64,000 nucleotides of DNA, from positions 689 through 64,688 of the forward strand of contig JBCDGN010000006.1 in NCBI GenBank assembly GCA_038751255.1. Reading direction: 5' to 3'. Every line of letters starts with the position of its first letter. Within the stretch, counting starts at the first letter, position 1. A program made the position numbers and the translations under genes. The notes beneath the pieces are model-generated. The model saw only the letters and a program-made list of their open reading frames with translations, did not search any database and was not told where the DNA came from. Of the stretch, positions 1-9,435 are shown one piece after another. Origin of the DNA: Pseudomonadota bacterium. Its GTDB lineage: Bacteria > Pseudomonadota > Alphaproteobacteria > Rhodobacterales > Rhodobacteraceae.

Positions 1-106
1 CGACGTCATCCAGGGCGTCGATTTCGTCACCGGCATCAAGCCATCAACCCAAGATCTAGACGCCGCATGATCACCGCTTGAACACCACTTTTGACGGCAA
101 AACCTG

Positions 107-742
107 TCACTTGTCTGATTTTGGGTGCGTTTTCGAGGTCTGGCCAACTTGCAACCAAGATGGTCGTTTAAATTCGATATCTTTAAAAAATAGTCCAAAC
201 AATGCGGCTGCCAGTGGAATGCCATTGGCAACTACTTCGATAATTGATCCTGTAAAAAAGCCGTGTGTCATCCACAATGAAAAAGAGATTATTGCACCGA
301 TCCTGACAATTTTCGCAGAGTCTCCGACCAGCAAAGACAGTGAAAGTGTTGATGTGCCCACGACTGGCAACAGTTGTATCGTTGGCCCGCTCATCAAAAA
401 TGTAAGTGACAAGATAGAAGATCCCACAACCGGTAGCAGGTGTGATGTCTCTTCGAGTGTGAAGTAGGCGGCGATCCAGTAAAGAATGATAAAAACAATT
501 ATAATCGGCTTTCGATACTTTGGATCGACAACACTTGAAACAATAAGCTGAATGGCAATCAGTCCCGCGATCATGGCTGCTAAGGGGATATTCAGAACAA
601 TATAATGCGCTACCCAGAAAATGTTGGAAAAGCCAAGAAATAGCGTCAGGGTGCTTCGCTGTTTAGCTTGCGCAGAAAAAACCTGAAATCCGAACGCTGC
701 CGTACCGAACAGTTGCGCGAGAATATAGGGAAATGAGATCAA
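107..742 (-). CDS. Multi-pass inner-membrane protein, YgjV-like (tentative)
   Basis: 211-aa ORF made almost entirely of hydrophobic helices (e.g. NIFWVAHYIVLNIPLAAMIAGLIAIQLIV). Preferred over the overlapping + strand ORF 78..467, whose product does not look protein-like. The DNA here is visibly AT-richer than the rest of the window. Family name is from memory of YgjV-type proteins, not a search. Confidence 0.5.
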   Translation of the reverse strand: MISFPYILAQLFGTAAFGFQVFSAQAKQRSTLTLFLGFSNIFWVAHYIVLNIPLAAMIAGLIAIQLIVSSVVDPKYRKPIIIVFIILYWIAAYFTLEETSHLLPVVGSSILSLTFLMSGPTIQLLPVVGTSTLSLSLLVGDSAKIVRIGAIISFSLWMTHGFFTGSIIEVVANGIPLAAALFGLFFKDIEFKRPSWLQVGQTSKTHPKSDK

Positions 743-926
743 GCAATCCCTCCTTCTATCCGGGCTCGATCATAGGGCCAAGAGACATATCAACCAAACA
801 AATTGGCTGCTTTCCATGAGAGTTATTGACCCTTCCCAGACCGGTGTCCGACATTCGCTCGTAGCTGCCAGTCGATGCACCAGGTAGAAACTGTCAACCA
901 CAAGCAGAGATCGTTGTCCCATCAGG

Positions 927-1631
927 CTAGCTCAGAGCTTCTCGAAGAGACGTCGCAGATGTTTGAGGCTCCTGCAGGTCGAGAAGCGACAAGAGATCTA
1001 CAAGATGGCCCTTCATCACCTCCTCGGCCAACACGCCGTCCCCTTTGGCCAGAGCCCCGACCAGCGCGTCATGGGCGTGGCTTTCGCACACGGCGCTACG
1101 CCGACGCCAATAGACTGCGATGATTAGGGAGGACCGCGAGATCAATTGGCGCAGCAGATCGGCAATGATGGCTTGATCGGCGATATGGGCGATCTCGATA
1201 TGAAATTGGCCAGAGAGTTTAAGGGCCCGGCCGATATCGCCTTCGGCTAAAGCAGTATGCTCATCGGCGATATGGGTTTGCAGCAGCTTTAATCTGTCTT
1301 CTGTCATGCGCCCTGCTGCGGAATGAGCGGTGCGGGGCTCGATCAGAGCGCGGGCTTCAAACACCTCGCGGGCCTCGCGCGGGGTGGGTTTGGCAACGAA
1401 GGCGCCGCGATGGGGGGCGATGGTGACCAGATGTTCGTGGCTGAGAACTTGCAAGGCCGTGCGCACGACAGTGCGGCTGACGCCGAAGATTTCCCCCACT
1501 TCGTCTTCGCTGAGCTTCATGCCTGGGGTAATGCGGTGTTCGTGAATGGCTTCGGTCAACCGCGCAGCAATCTGGGCCGCGCGCGGGCCTTTACCATTGG
1601 GCATCTGCGGGAATTTCGGTCGCTGCTGCAC
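927..1631 (-). CDS. GntR/FadR-family transcriptional regulator (wHTH plus helical FCD-like C-terminal domain)
   Basis: HTH segment KLSEDEVGEIFGVSRTVVRTALQVLSHEHLVTIAPHRGAFV, followed by a helical C-terminal half. The ORF track gives 927..1745. I place the start at GTG 1631 because AGAGGAGG lies about 5 nt upstream; ATG 1604 is an alternative. Confidence 0.85.
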   Translation of the reverse strand: MQQRPKFPQMPNGKGPRAAQIAARLTEAIHEHRITPGMKLSEDEVGEIFGVSRTVVRTALQVLSHEHLVTIAPHRGAFVAKPTPREAREVFEARALIEPRTAHSAAGRMTEDRLKLLQTHIADEHTALAEGDIGRALKLSGQFHIEIAHIADQAIIADLLRQLISRSSLIIAVYWRRRSAVCESHAHDALVGALAKGDGVLAEEVMKGHLVDLLSLLDLQEPQTSATSLREALS

Positions 1632-1865
1632 GTTGCCTCCTCTGGGGTGAGTGTGGCGTGCAGGCGCGGGCGCTGGCAAGCGGGGCCGATCTTGTCCTCG
1701 GCTTCCTGCGAAATCGTATACAATTTCTGCCTTAAATGTAGACACAATGTCCCCATGGCCGCGTAAGGCAGCGGCAAATGACGCTTTGCCCCCTGAGAGC
1801 AGCCAAAGTCATTTCCCCCATCGCGTCACCACCCTCCAGGTTTGACGAAAGCTCACGGGGGTCGA

Positions 1866-2849
1866 ATGCGATCAGGCCAAGAACTGGAATTGGTGACGCT
1901 TACGAAGCGCTATGGCAGCACCACGGCTGTGCGCGACATAAACCATCGTTTTAAGGCGGGCAGCTACACCTGCCTCCTTGGCCCCTCAGGGTGCGGAAAA
2001 TCGACTACGCTCCGGATGATCGCGGGCCATGAGGATGTGACCGAGGGCGCGATCCTTTTGGGCGGGATGGATATCTCTTACCTGCCGCCCGCCAAACGCG
2101 GCACGGCGATGATGTTCCAAAATTACGCGCTTTTCCCGCATCTTACCGCGCTCGAAAATGTGGGTTTCAGCCTAAAGATGAAAGGCGTGGCAAAGCCTGA
2201 TCGGGATGCCAAAGCCGCTGAATTGCTCGCACTTGTTCATATGGAGGACTTTGGCGCGCGCGTTCCCGCGCAGCTCTCGGGCGGTCAACAGCAACGGGTG
2301 GCGCTGGCGCGTGCCCTGATTACGGAGCCCCAGGTTCTGCTGCTTGACGAGCCGCTGTCTGCACTGGATCCGTTTTTGCGCATCCGCATGCGTGCCGAGC
2401 TGCGGCGGCTCCATGACGAGCTTGGGCTTACTTTCATTCATGTCACCCACAGCCAGGACGAAGCGCTCGCGCTGGCGGATGAGATTGTGGTCATGAACAA
2501 CGCGCTGATCGAACAAGCGGGGCCGCCGCGCGATGTTTGGAACGCGCCGAAAACCGAATTCGTGGCGCGATTTATGGGCGGCCATAATGTGATCACGCTG
2601 CCCGAGGGGCTTTTTGCGCTGAGAAGCGATCAAGTTCAAGTGACAGAGCCCACTACGGGCCGGATGACCGCGGCCGTCACTGGGCTTGAATACCAAGGCG
2701 CCCATGTTTCGTTGACCATCGCGGCAGCGGGCGACCAGGAAATCACAGCGCTTTTGCCCGAAGAGACGTTTTTCCAACACCCGATTGAGCCCGGCGCAAC
2801 CGTCGGCTTGAGTTGGGACGATACCGCGCTGCACGCGCTGACCCACTAA
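1866..2849 (+). CDS. ABC transporter ATP-binding protein (PotA / spermidine-putrescine-like)
   Basis: Walker [13 protein letters not shown] signature LSGGQQQRVALARAL, Walker B LLLDEPLSALD. The ORF opens at TTG 1842; I chose ATG 1866, which is preceded by GGGGG. Confidence 0.9.
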   Translation: MRSGQELELVTLTKRYGSTTAVRDINHRFKAGSYTCLLGPSGCGKSTTLRMIAGHEDVTEGAILLGGMDISYLPPAKRGTAMMFQNYALFPHLTALENVGFSLKMKGVAKPDRDAKAAELLALVHMEDFGARVPAQLSGGQQQRVALARALITEPQVLLLDEPLSALDPFLRIRMRAELRRLHDELGLTFIHVTHSQDEALALADEIVVMNNALIEQAGPPRDVWNAPKTEFVARFMGGHNVITLPEGLFALRSDQVQVTEPTTGRMTAAVTGLEYQGAHVSLTIAAAGDQEITALLPEETFFQHPIEPGATVGLSWDDTALHALTH

Positions 2850-2880
2850 TCAACTCCAACGACCCTCAGGGAGATCAGCA

Positions 2881-4155
2881 ATGGAAAAAATCAAATATTC
2901 CGGCATCAGCCGCCGGTCCCTTTTAAAGACGGGCGCCGCAGCGGCAGCGGCCTCGACGCTGCCTGCCCCGATGATCTGGGCGCAGAACATCAAGGATATC
3001 ACCCTACGCCAGTTCGGCACCGGCGTGTCCAACCTCAATGAGGTGGCGACCAAGGTGAAAGAGGATCTCGGCATCACGCTTGAGATGACAGCGCTCGACT
3101 CCGACAGCGTGACACAGCGCGCCGCGACCCAGCCGAAGAGCTTTGACATCGCCGATATTGAATACTGGATCTGCAAGAAGGTCTGGCCGACCGGCAATCT
3201 GCAGGCGATGGACACCTCGAAGATCGACAATTACGACAACATCGTCGGTATTTTTCGCACCGGCAAACTGACGCCGGAAACGGATATCGCTCAGGGTACC
3301 GCGCCACATTCGGTGGGTTTTGTTGACGGACCCTCTGGCACCAGCTTTGCCGATAGCGAAACCGGCTGGATGACCCTGATCCCCACGATCTACAACGCCG
3401 ACACCTTAGGCATCCGCCCCGATCTGATCCCGCGCCCGATCCAAAACTGGAAAGAGCTTTTGAACTCCGAGTTCAAGGGCAAGGCCTCGATCCTCGACAT
3501 TTCCTCGATCGGGATCATGGACGCGGCGATGGTCTGCGAGTCCATGGGCGAGATCCAATATTCCGACAAAGGCAACATGACAAAGGAAGAGATTGACAAG
3601 ACCATGTCGATCTTTACCGAAGCCAAAAAAGACGGCCAGTTCCGCGCCTTCTGGAAGACCTTCGACGAAAGCGTGAACTTGATGGCCTCGGGCGAGGTGG
3701 TCATCCAGTCGATGTGGTCGCCGGCGATCACTGCGGTGAAATCCCGCGGAATCCCTTGTGTTTATCAGCCGCTGGAAGAAGGCTATCGCAGCTGGGGCGG
3801 GGGTTTGGGGCTGTCCGCCAACCTGTCGGGCATAGAGCTTGATGCGGCCTATGACTACATCAACTGGTATCTCTCTGGCTGGGTCGGCGGGTTCTTGATG
3901 CGTCAGGGGTATTACTCGGCTGTGCCCTCAACCTCCAAGGACTACATGTCTGAGAATGAGTGGGGCTACTGGTTCGAAGGCAAAGAAGCCACCGACACCA
4001 TCACCAGCCCGTTTGGCGATCCGCTCGCCGCTGCGGGCGACACCCGCGATGGGGGGGACTTCTACGAGCGTATGGGTCGTGTTGCCTGCTGGAATTCGGT
4101 CATGGACGAAAACCAGTACATGGTTCGCAAGTGGAACGAGTTCATCTCAGCCTAG
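2881..4155 (+). CDS. ABC transporter periplasmic substrate-binding protein (PotD/PotF-like family, substrate unknown)
   Basis: Tat-like signal SRRSLLKTGAAAAAASTLPAPMIWA, GGGAGA RBS, size and operon position between the ATPase and two permeases. Confidence 0.8.
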   Translation: MEKIKYSGISRRSLLKTGAAAAAASTLPAPMIWAQNIKDITLRQFGTGVSNLNEVATKVKEDLGITLEMTALDSDSVTQRAATQPKSFDIADIEYWICKKVWPTGNLQAMDTSKIDNYDNIVGIFRTGKLTPETDIAQGTAPHSVGFVDGPSGTSFADSETGWMTLIPTIYNADTLGIRPDLIPRPIQNWKELLNSEFKGKASILDISSIGIMDAAMVCESMGEIQYSDKGNMTKEEIDKTMSIFTEAKKDGQFRAFWKTFDESVNLMASGEVVIQSMWSPAITAVKSRGIPCVYQPLEEGYRSWGGGLGLSANLSGIELDAAYDYINWYLSGWVGGFLMRQGYYSAVPSTSKDYMSENEWGYWFEGKEATDTITSPFGDPLAAAGDTRDGGDFYERMGRVACWNSVMDENQYMVRKWNEFISA

Positions 4156-4229
4156 GCCAAGACTTCAGCCAGATACGCCTCGGCTTTCGGGCCGGGGCGT
4201 GCGTTTGAGGAGACCGAGCAGCGGCTGCT

Positions 4230-5150
4230 ATGTCCGAGCAATCCACTTTGTCCCAAGATGTTATTCCGGATGCAGGTACCAAGCCGCGCCCGGTCCGGCG
4301 GCTGTCGGACGCGCTGACCGGCTGGCTTATGGCACTGCCCTTGGCGCTGGTGCTGCTGTTCTTTCTGATCCTGCCAATCATCATCATCGCGATCGTCAGT
4401 TTCTGGGGTGCGACAGAGTTTTCAATCTACCCCGCCTTCTTGCTCGACAATTATGAGTTCCTGTTCACCTCGCCGGTGACCTATGACGTTTTTCTCAACA
4501 CTTTCAAATACGCCGCGATCACCTGGGTTTTCACCCTTCTGATCGGCTTCACGGTGGCCTATTTCCTGGCCTTCCATGTGCGTTCACTGACCTGGCAAGT
4601 GGCTCTGTTTTTGCTGTGCACGATCCCGTTTTGGACCTCCAACATCATTCGGATGATCTCTTGGATCCCGTTTTTGGGACGGAATGGGATTGCGAATTCG
4701 ACCCTGATTTCTTGGGGTGTGATCGATGAACCTGTAGAGTGGCTCCTCTTTTCCGACTTCGCGGTGATACTGGCCTTCGTGCATCTTTACACGCTGTTCA
4801 TGGTGGTGCCGATCTTCAATACGATGATGCGGATCGACAAATCCCTGATCGAAGCCGCGCGCGACTGCGGCGCTTCGGGCTTTCAGATCCTGACCGAGAT
4901 CATCGTCCCGCTCACCAAACCGGGCATCATGATCGGCTCAATCTTTGTGATCACACTGGTGATGGGTGACTTCATCACGGTGCGCTTCATGTCGGGGTCG
5001 CAATCGGCCAATGTCGGGCGGCTGATATCCAACGATATCGGACTGTTGCAATATCCTTCGGCCGCTGCGACGGCGGTGGTACTGTTGTTGACCGTCCTGA
5101 TCGTGATCGCGATCCTGCTGCGATTTGTCGATATCAGGAAGGAGCTTTAG
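4230..5150 (+). CDS. ABC transporter permease
   Basis: Six predicted TM helices and the EAA-type loop IEAARDCGASGFQILTEIIVPLTKPG. Confidence 0.9.
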   Translation: MSEQSTLSQDVIPDAGTKPRPVRRLSDALTGWLMALPLALVLLFFLILPIIIIAIVSFWGATEFSIYPAFLLDNYEFLFTSPVTYDVFLNTFKYAAITWVFTLLIGFTVAYFLAFHVRSLTWQVALFLLCTIPFWTSNIIRMISWIPFLGRNGIANSTLISWGVIDEPVEWLLFSDFAVILAFVHLYTLFMVVPIFNTMMRIDKSLIEAARDCGASGFQILTEIIVPLTKPGIMIGSIFVITLVMGDFITVRFMSGSQSANVGRLISNDIGLLQYPSAAATAVVLLLTVLIVIAILLRFVDIRKEL

Positions 5151-5153
5151 ACC

Positions 5154-5993
5154 ATGGAAAAACGCCCGCGGTCTTTCTACATCCTGGCCGTCTTCTTCGC
5201 CCTGTTTCTGCTTTTCCTCTATGGGCCGACCATCACCATCGGGATTTTGAGCTTCCAAGGTCCCCAAGGGGGATTGACCTTCCCGATGCGCGGCTGGTCC
5301 TTCCATTGGTTCCGCGATCTCTTCGAAGAACAGGCGGTGGGGGATATCTGGGGCTCCTTCTGGCGCTCCTTCATCTTGGGCATGATGGTCATGGTCACCA
5401 CGGTGGTGGTGTCAGTGATGGGCGGGCTTGCCTTCCGCAAACGCTTTCCAGGCTCCAGCGTGATCTTTTACCTGGTGGTGACCTCGCTGGTGATCCCATC
5501 GATCCTGATTTCCCTTGGTGTGGGGTTGATTTTTTCGCAATCGGGTCTGGATGTGCATTGGTCGACGTCTGGCTTTGGATCGCAGCTGACCTGGACCCTG
5601 CCCTTTGGCCTTCTGATCATGTTCGCAGTCTTCAACCGCTTCGACAAAAGCTATGAGGAAGCAGCGCGGGATCTGGGGGCCACGCCCTGGCAGACGATCC
5701 GCTTTGTTGTGTTGCCGATCATCGCGCCTTCACTGATCGGCGTGGCACTTTTTGGTTTTACGCTGAGCTATGACGAGTTCGCTCGGACGCTTCTAACCGC
5801 TGGCAGCTACAACACCCTGCCACTCGAGATCTTTGGCATGACCACCAATGTCACAACACCGGTGATCTTTGCCCTTGGCACGCTGACGACACTGTTTTCC
5901 TTTCTCGTGATCGGAGTCTTTCTGCTTATGGTCTGGTGGATGAACCGTAGCCGCGCGAAACAGGGCTCTGATGCGGGCAAGGGCATGGTTTGA
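5154..5993 (+). CDS. ABC transporter permease
   Basis: Multi-TM protein with EAA-type loop YEEAARDLGATPWQTIRFVVLPIIAPS. Starts 3 nt after the upstream permease stop. Confidence 0.9.
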   Translation: MEKRPRSFYILAVFFALFLLFLYGPTITIGILSFQGPQGGLTFPMRGWSFHWFRDLFEEQAVGDIWGSFWRSFILGMMVMVTTVVVSVMGGLAFRKRFPGSSVIFYLVVTSLVIPSILISLGVGLIFSQSGLDVHWSTSGFGSQLTWTLPFGLLIMFAVFNRFDKSYEEAARDLGATPWQTIRFVVLPIIAPSLIGVALFGFTLSYDEFARTLLTAGSYNTLPLEIFGMTTNVTTPVIFALGTLTTLFSFLVIGVFLLMVWWMNRSRAKQGSDAGKGMV

Positions 5994-5999
5994 GCCACG

Positions 6000-6638
6000 A
6001 TGACGCTGGTCATCATCAATCCCAATAGCACTGAAGCGATGACCGCTGGCATGCTTGAGGTCGCGCGGAACCTCGCTCCGGATCAGGTGGTTGAGGGGTG
6101 GACCTCGCATTATGGACCGCCCGCGATCCAAGGAGCGGAGGATGGCGCGGCCGCGGTGCCCCCGCTTTTGGAGCTTGTGGCAGAGGCCGATCGTCTCGGG
6201 GCAACCGGGATTATCCTGGGCTGTTTCGATGACACCGGTCTTGCGGAGGCCGCAGAACTAGCACGCTGCCCTGTCTTAGGTCTGGGTCAAGCCGCCTATC
6301 ACACTGCAGCGCTGCGGCAATGGCGGTTCAGTGTGGTGACAACACTCTCTGTCTCGGTGCCTGTGCTGGAAGAAAATATCCTGTCCTACGGGTTATCAGG
6401 CTATTTGGGTCGAGTACGGGCCTCGGACATTCCAGTTCTGGAACTTGAGACTGATCCTGCGGCCGTGGCCCGCATCGCAGCAGAGATTACAGCGGCCCAC
6501 GCAGAGGAGGGGGCTCAGGCCATCGTCCTAGGCTGCGCTGGAATGACCGGCCTGAGCGAAGAGTTGCGCATCCATGCCCCGGTGCCCATCATCGATCCGG
6601 TTGAGGCCGCAGTGAGGTTCGTCGGGGCGGTAGGCTAG
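6000..6638 (+). CDS. Asp/Glu/hydantoin racemase family protein
   Basis: N-terminal LVIINPNSTEAMT motif and ~210 aa size are typical of the HyuE-like racemase family. Last gene of the ABC operon (6 nt after the permease stop). Confidence 0.7.
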   Translation: MTLVIINPNSTEAMTAGMLEVARNLAPDQVVEGWTSHYGPPAIQGAEDGAAAVPPLLELVAEADRLGATGIILGCFDDTGLAEAAELARCPVLGLGQAAYHTAALRQWRFSVVTTLSVSVPVLEENILSYGLSGYLGRVRASDIPVLELETDPAAVARIAAEITAAHAEEGAQAIVLGCAGMTGLSEELRIHAPVPIIDPVEAAVRFVGAVG

Positions 6639-6925
6639 AGGTTTAGGTTTAAGACGCTTGCCAACGAGTAACGCCAGTCAGAAACTCACTTGCTACGCGG
6701 TTGCTTTGTCGAGTGTTGGAATTGCGATGGGCAGCTCGACACTTTTGCCGTCTATTTGGTGACGCCATAGCTGCTTCAAATAGCTTCCCCGCACGCTGTG
6801 TTTTGGCGTTGTTAACTGACATCTAACGAAGAACGCTTGGAAAAAAACTTGCTGGATTGGTGAGTTTGCCGCAACATTGTCCCAAAGGCGCGGGGGAAAC
6901 CCGCCAGCCTTCGGGGGGAGGCTAT

Positions 6926-8785
6926 ATGAGCGATCTGTACAAGCCGAGTATCTACGACCAGAGCGTGGATATCCGGGCCCGGTATTTCCGCGAATGCGAG
7001 GCGATGCTCGCCTATTACATGTCGCGCGGGATCGTGGTCACCAAAGAGATTTCAGACGAAATCGGTGGGCTCGCGGGGTATCTGACGATTGGGATCGACA
7101 AGCGCGACGAGATTCCGATGTCCGCACTCAACCGCTTGCACCATCTGCTCGCGGATTCGATCAAACCCGCATTACCCCGCACCATCGAGATGATGCATTG
7201 GGATGCACGCAACAGACCCATGCGTCATCGGATTGCGCCGGTCCCTGCGATCCGCAACCTCATTATGTTCACGATCTTCTCGTTCGCCTTGGGAATCTGG
7301 ATGCTGGTCCAGGGTGGAGATCCGGCGCTCTACAAAATTTCCATGTTCGATATGGATCCGGGCGATGTGATCCATGTCACATTGTTCTATGCGGCGCTCG
7401 CCTCGACAGGGGCTTGTTTTTCGGTGCTCTATGACGCCAGAAAATATGTGATCGAGGGCAGCTACGACCCCCGAATAGGATCGAATTACGGCATCCGAAT
7501 ACTGCTCGGCATCGTGGCGGGGCTGATCCTGACCCAGTTGCTCGCCGATCCCAAGGTCAATGATGATGGTCAGCCAACCACGGGCCTGCCCTATGGCATG
7601 CCGATCCTTGCGCTGCTCGGCGGGTTTGCTTCGCAATTTGTCTATAACGGTCTGAACAAGATGGTTGAGGCAGCATCGTCTATCTTTGAGCCCAACCGCG
7701 CCCAACAGGTTGATATGGCCGCCAAAGAGATTCGTGTCGCCACGGCAGAGAATAACATGTCGTCCACCTTGGGACGGATTGAGGCCACAGTGGACACCTT
7801 TGCAGAGATCGCGCGCGATCCGAAAAATGCCGCTTCGCCAGAAACCTTGGGCAAGCTTCTGAAGATCGCAGGCTCCAGTCCTGCGGCGCAACCCGCAACA
7901 CGCGCCTTGGGCGCTGCGCTTGGCCCGCATCGGGAATTGCTCGACAAGGTCGAAGGCGCCATCCAGGCAGGTAAGGTGTTGTCGCATGTCCTTCCGGGCC
8001 GAGAGTTGCGGGGGATCGTCTCTAAACTCGGGCGGTTGGAAAGCACGGTCGATGGGATCAAGACACTCGCGGGCGCCGGGGCGCAGTTCGACGCGGCCGA
8101 AAACCTGCTGGGCGTTGCGCGCAATTTGGGCGAACTTGATCCGACCCGGGCGGTGCTGAAACAAGCGGTGAAAGCCTTTGGTGGACTGCGCGGGATTGGA
8201 ACGCTCGCCATGGGGCCTACAGGTCTTGCGGTGGCGCTGATCTTAGGATCTGCCCGGCTTGGCGGGACGGTTTACGATCGCTGGAAAACGCGGGTTCTGG
8301 GCGCGGCTTTTAGCCAAGATCTGTTGCCGCCGGGTCTGCCAAACTCTGGCATGGCGAAAACAATACTGCAGGCGTTGCCCGATCTGTCTGGTCCCATTGG
8401 GGCGCCGCTGATGGACAATCCTGCTGCCTTGACCGATTTCGCGCGCAATGCCGTTGCAGGCCACGATGATGCCCTGTTCTCGGAATACGGCGAGGCGGTC
8501 GGTGGCGACCGGGCAAGTTTTGATGCGGCGCTCAATGACTTTCGGACGCTTGCGGTGGGAGAAGTTTTGCAGGGCGAATTGCCAGACGAGGTGGTCGAAG
8601 CGGCTGGGGCCGAAAACCCACAGGCGCTGTTTGATTTCTTCGATCAGGCACGGGGGGATCGCGAAGCCTTCAAGGCCATGGATGAGCTTTTCCTCGCGGG
8701 AACCAATGCCGCCGATGATGAAAAAGCGCTGCAGGGGTTGCTGAACGGGTTGGCGTCGATTGCTGAAGAGGAGACAACCGCATGA
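6926..8785 (+). CDS. Hypothetical multi-pass membrane protein (first gene of lysis-cassette-like tricistron)
   Basis: ORF track gives 6857..8785; start moved to ATG 6926 (MSDLYKPS) because GGGGGAGG lies 4-5 nt upstream. Four clustered hydrophobic helices (IRNLIMFTIFSFALGIWMLVQ, VTLFYAALASTGACFSVLY, IRILLGIVAGLILTQLLA, MPILALLGGFASQFVYNGL). These are followed by a long Ala/Leu/Gly-rich helical region and a fifth hydrophobic segment (LAMGPTGLAVALILGSA). No family recognised. The stop overlaps the next start (ATGA at 8782-8785). Confidence 0.7.
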   Translation: MSDLYKPSIYDQSVDIRARYFRECEAMLAYYMSRGIVVTKEISDEIGGLAGYLTIGIDKRDEIPMSALNRLHHLLADSIKPALPRTIEMMHWDARNRPMRHRIAPVPAIRNLIMFTIFSFALGIWMLVQGGDPALYKISMFDMDPGDVIHVTLFYAALASTGACFSVLYDARKYVIEGSYDPRIGSNYGIRILLGIVAGLILTQLLADPKVNDDGQPTTGLPYGMPILALLGGFASQFVYNGLNKMVEAASSIFEPNRAQQVDMAAKEIRVATAENNMSSTLGRIEATVDTFAEIARDPKNAASPETLGKLLKIAGSSPAAQPATRALGAALGPHRELLDKVEGAIQAGKVLSHVLPGRELRGIVSKLGRLESTVDGIKTLAGAGAQFDAAENLLGVARNLGELDPTRAVLKQAVKAFGGLRGIGTLAMGPTGLAVALILGSARLGGTVYDRWKTRVLGAAFSQDLLPPGLPNSGMAKTILQALPDLSGPIGAPLMDNPAALTDFARNAVAGHDDALFSEYGEAVGGDRASFDAALNDFRTLAVGEVLQGELPDEVVEAAGAENPQALFDFFDQARGDREAFKAMDELFLAGTNAADDEKALQGLLNGLASIAEEETTA

Positions 8786-9435
8786 TCCGCTATAGCCTTA
8801 TCGCTGCATCGCTCTTGATCGTCGCGAGTTGCGACGCCCCAGGGGTCCGGGCCCTAGATCAGCAGCAAAAAGCCGGATCAGAGGTTCAGGCTGCGACAGC
8901 GCTGCCCAATGATCTATCCGACCCGGTCAATGCCAAGACAGCGCGCAACAAGGCCCGTGCTTGTTTGGAACTCGCCCAGAAGGCGGTGGCAACGGCGCAG
9001 GCCAATACCGATGGTGCGCGCAATGATGCGGCCTGCGCACGCGAGAGCTATGCAAAAATTTTGTCGGATGCGGACCCGGTCACGGCCGCTGATTTCGTGG
9101 GTCAGATGGAAGCCTATCGGTTGACGCGCGAGACATCGACCTCAACCGGTGCGGGACGGCAGGCCAATTCCGCCATCGCGCAAGTGGCGTCACAGTTCAG
9201 TTCGGCAGTGCCCGGGCAGGCGGCGGGCCCCTACTACACCGCTGACAGCCTTTACTGGCAGGCGAGCTTTGCCAGCAGCACGGACCGCGCCTGTGACGAT
9301 CTGAGCGCAGCGGCCGCTGCGCTCGACACTGCGTCGGGTGGTACGAACACCCCGAATTTTCCAAGTTTCAGGGGCTCGGTCCGGGATCTTGACGCCTTGG
9401 TTACCCGAGATGCTGCCCAGAAGGGATGCGCGTGA
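8782..9435 (+). CDS. Hypothetical lipoprotein
   Basis: Signal peptide plus lipobox (SLLIVAS-C), Ala-rich, several Cys. ATGA-coupled to the upstream gene and overlaps the downstream gene by 10 nt. No family recognised. Confidence 0.7.
   Translation: MIRYSLIAASLLIVASCDAPGVRALDQQQKAGSEVQAATALPNDLSDPVNAKTARNKARACLELAQKAVATAQANTDGARNDAACARESYAKILSDADPVTAADFVGQMEAYRLTRETSTSTGAGRQANSAIAQVASQFSSAVPGQAAGPYYTADSLYWQASFASSTDRACDDLSAAAAALDTASGGTNTPNFPSFRGSVRDLDALVTRDAAQKGCA

Noticed and set aside
2-70. Possible 3' end of an upstream plus-strand gene (..DVIQGVDFVTGIKPSTQDLDAA-stop)
   Set aside because: Only 22 codons are visible, which is too short to support a call.
78-467. 129-aa plus-strand ORF at the window start
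   Set aside because: It overlaps the minus-strand 211-aa ORF, whose translation is a coherent multi-TM protein. The plus-strand product has no hydrophobic or domain logic.
6639-6925. Island boundary signals (tRNA, att-like direct repeats, integrase remnants) here and at 38177-38256
   Set aside because: No tRNA-like cloverleaf and no shared repeat longer than about 8 nt (TTTAAGAC, inverted) that I could see by eye. No recombinase ORF is present. A computed repeat search could still find something.
7172-8164. 330-aa and 189-aa minus-strand ORFs opposite the 620-aa membrane protein gene
   Set aside because: The translations are Arg/Gly/Cys-rich and not protein-like. The plus-strand frame has coherent TM helices, an RBS and translational coupling to the next gene.
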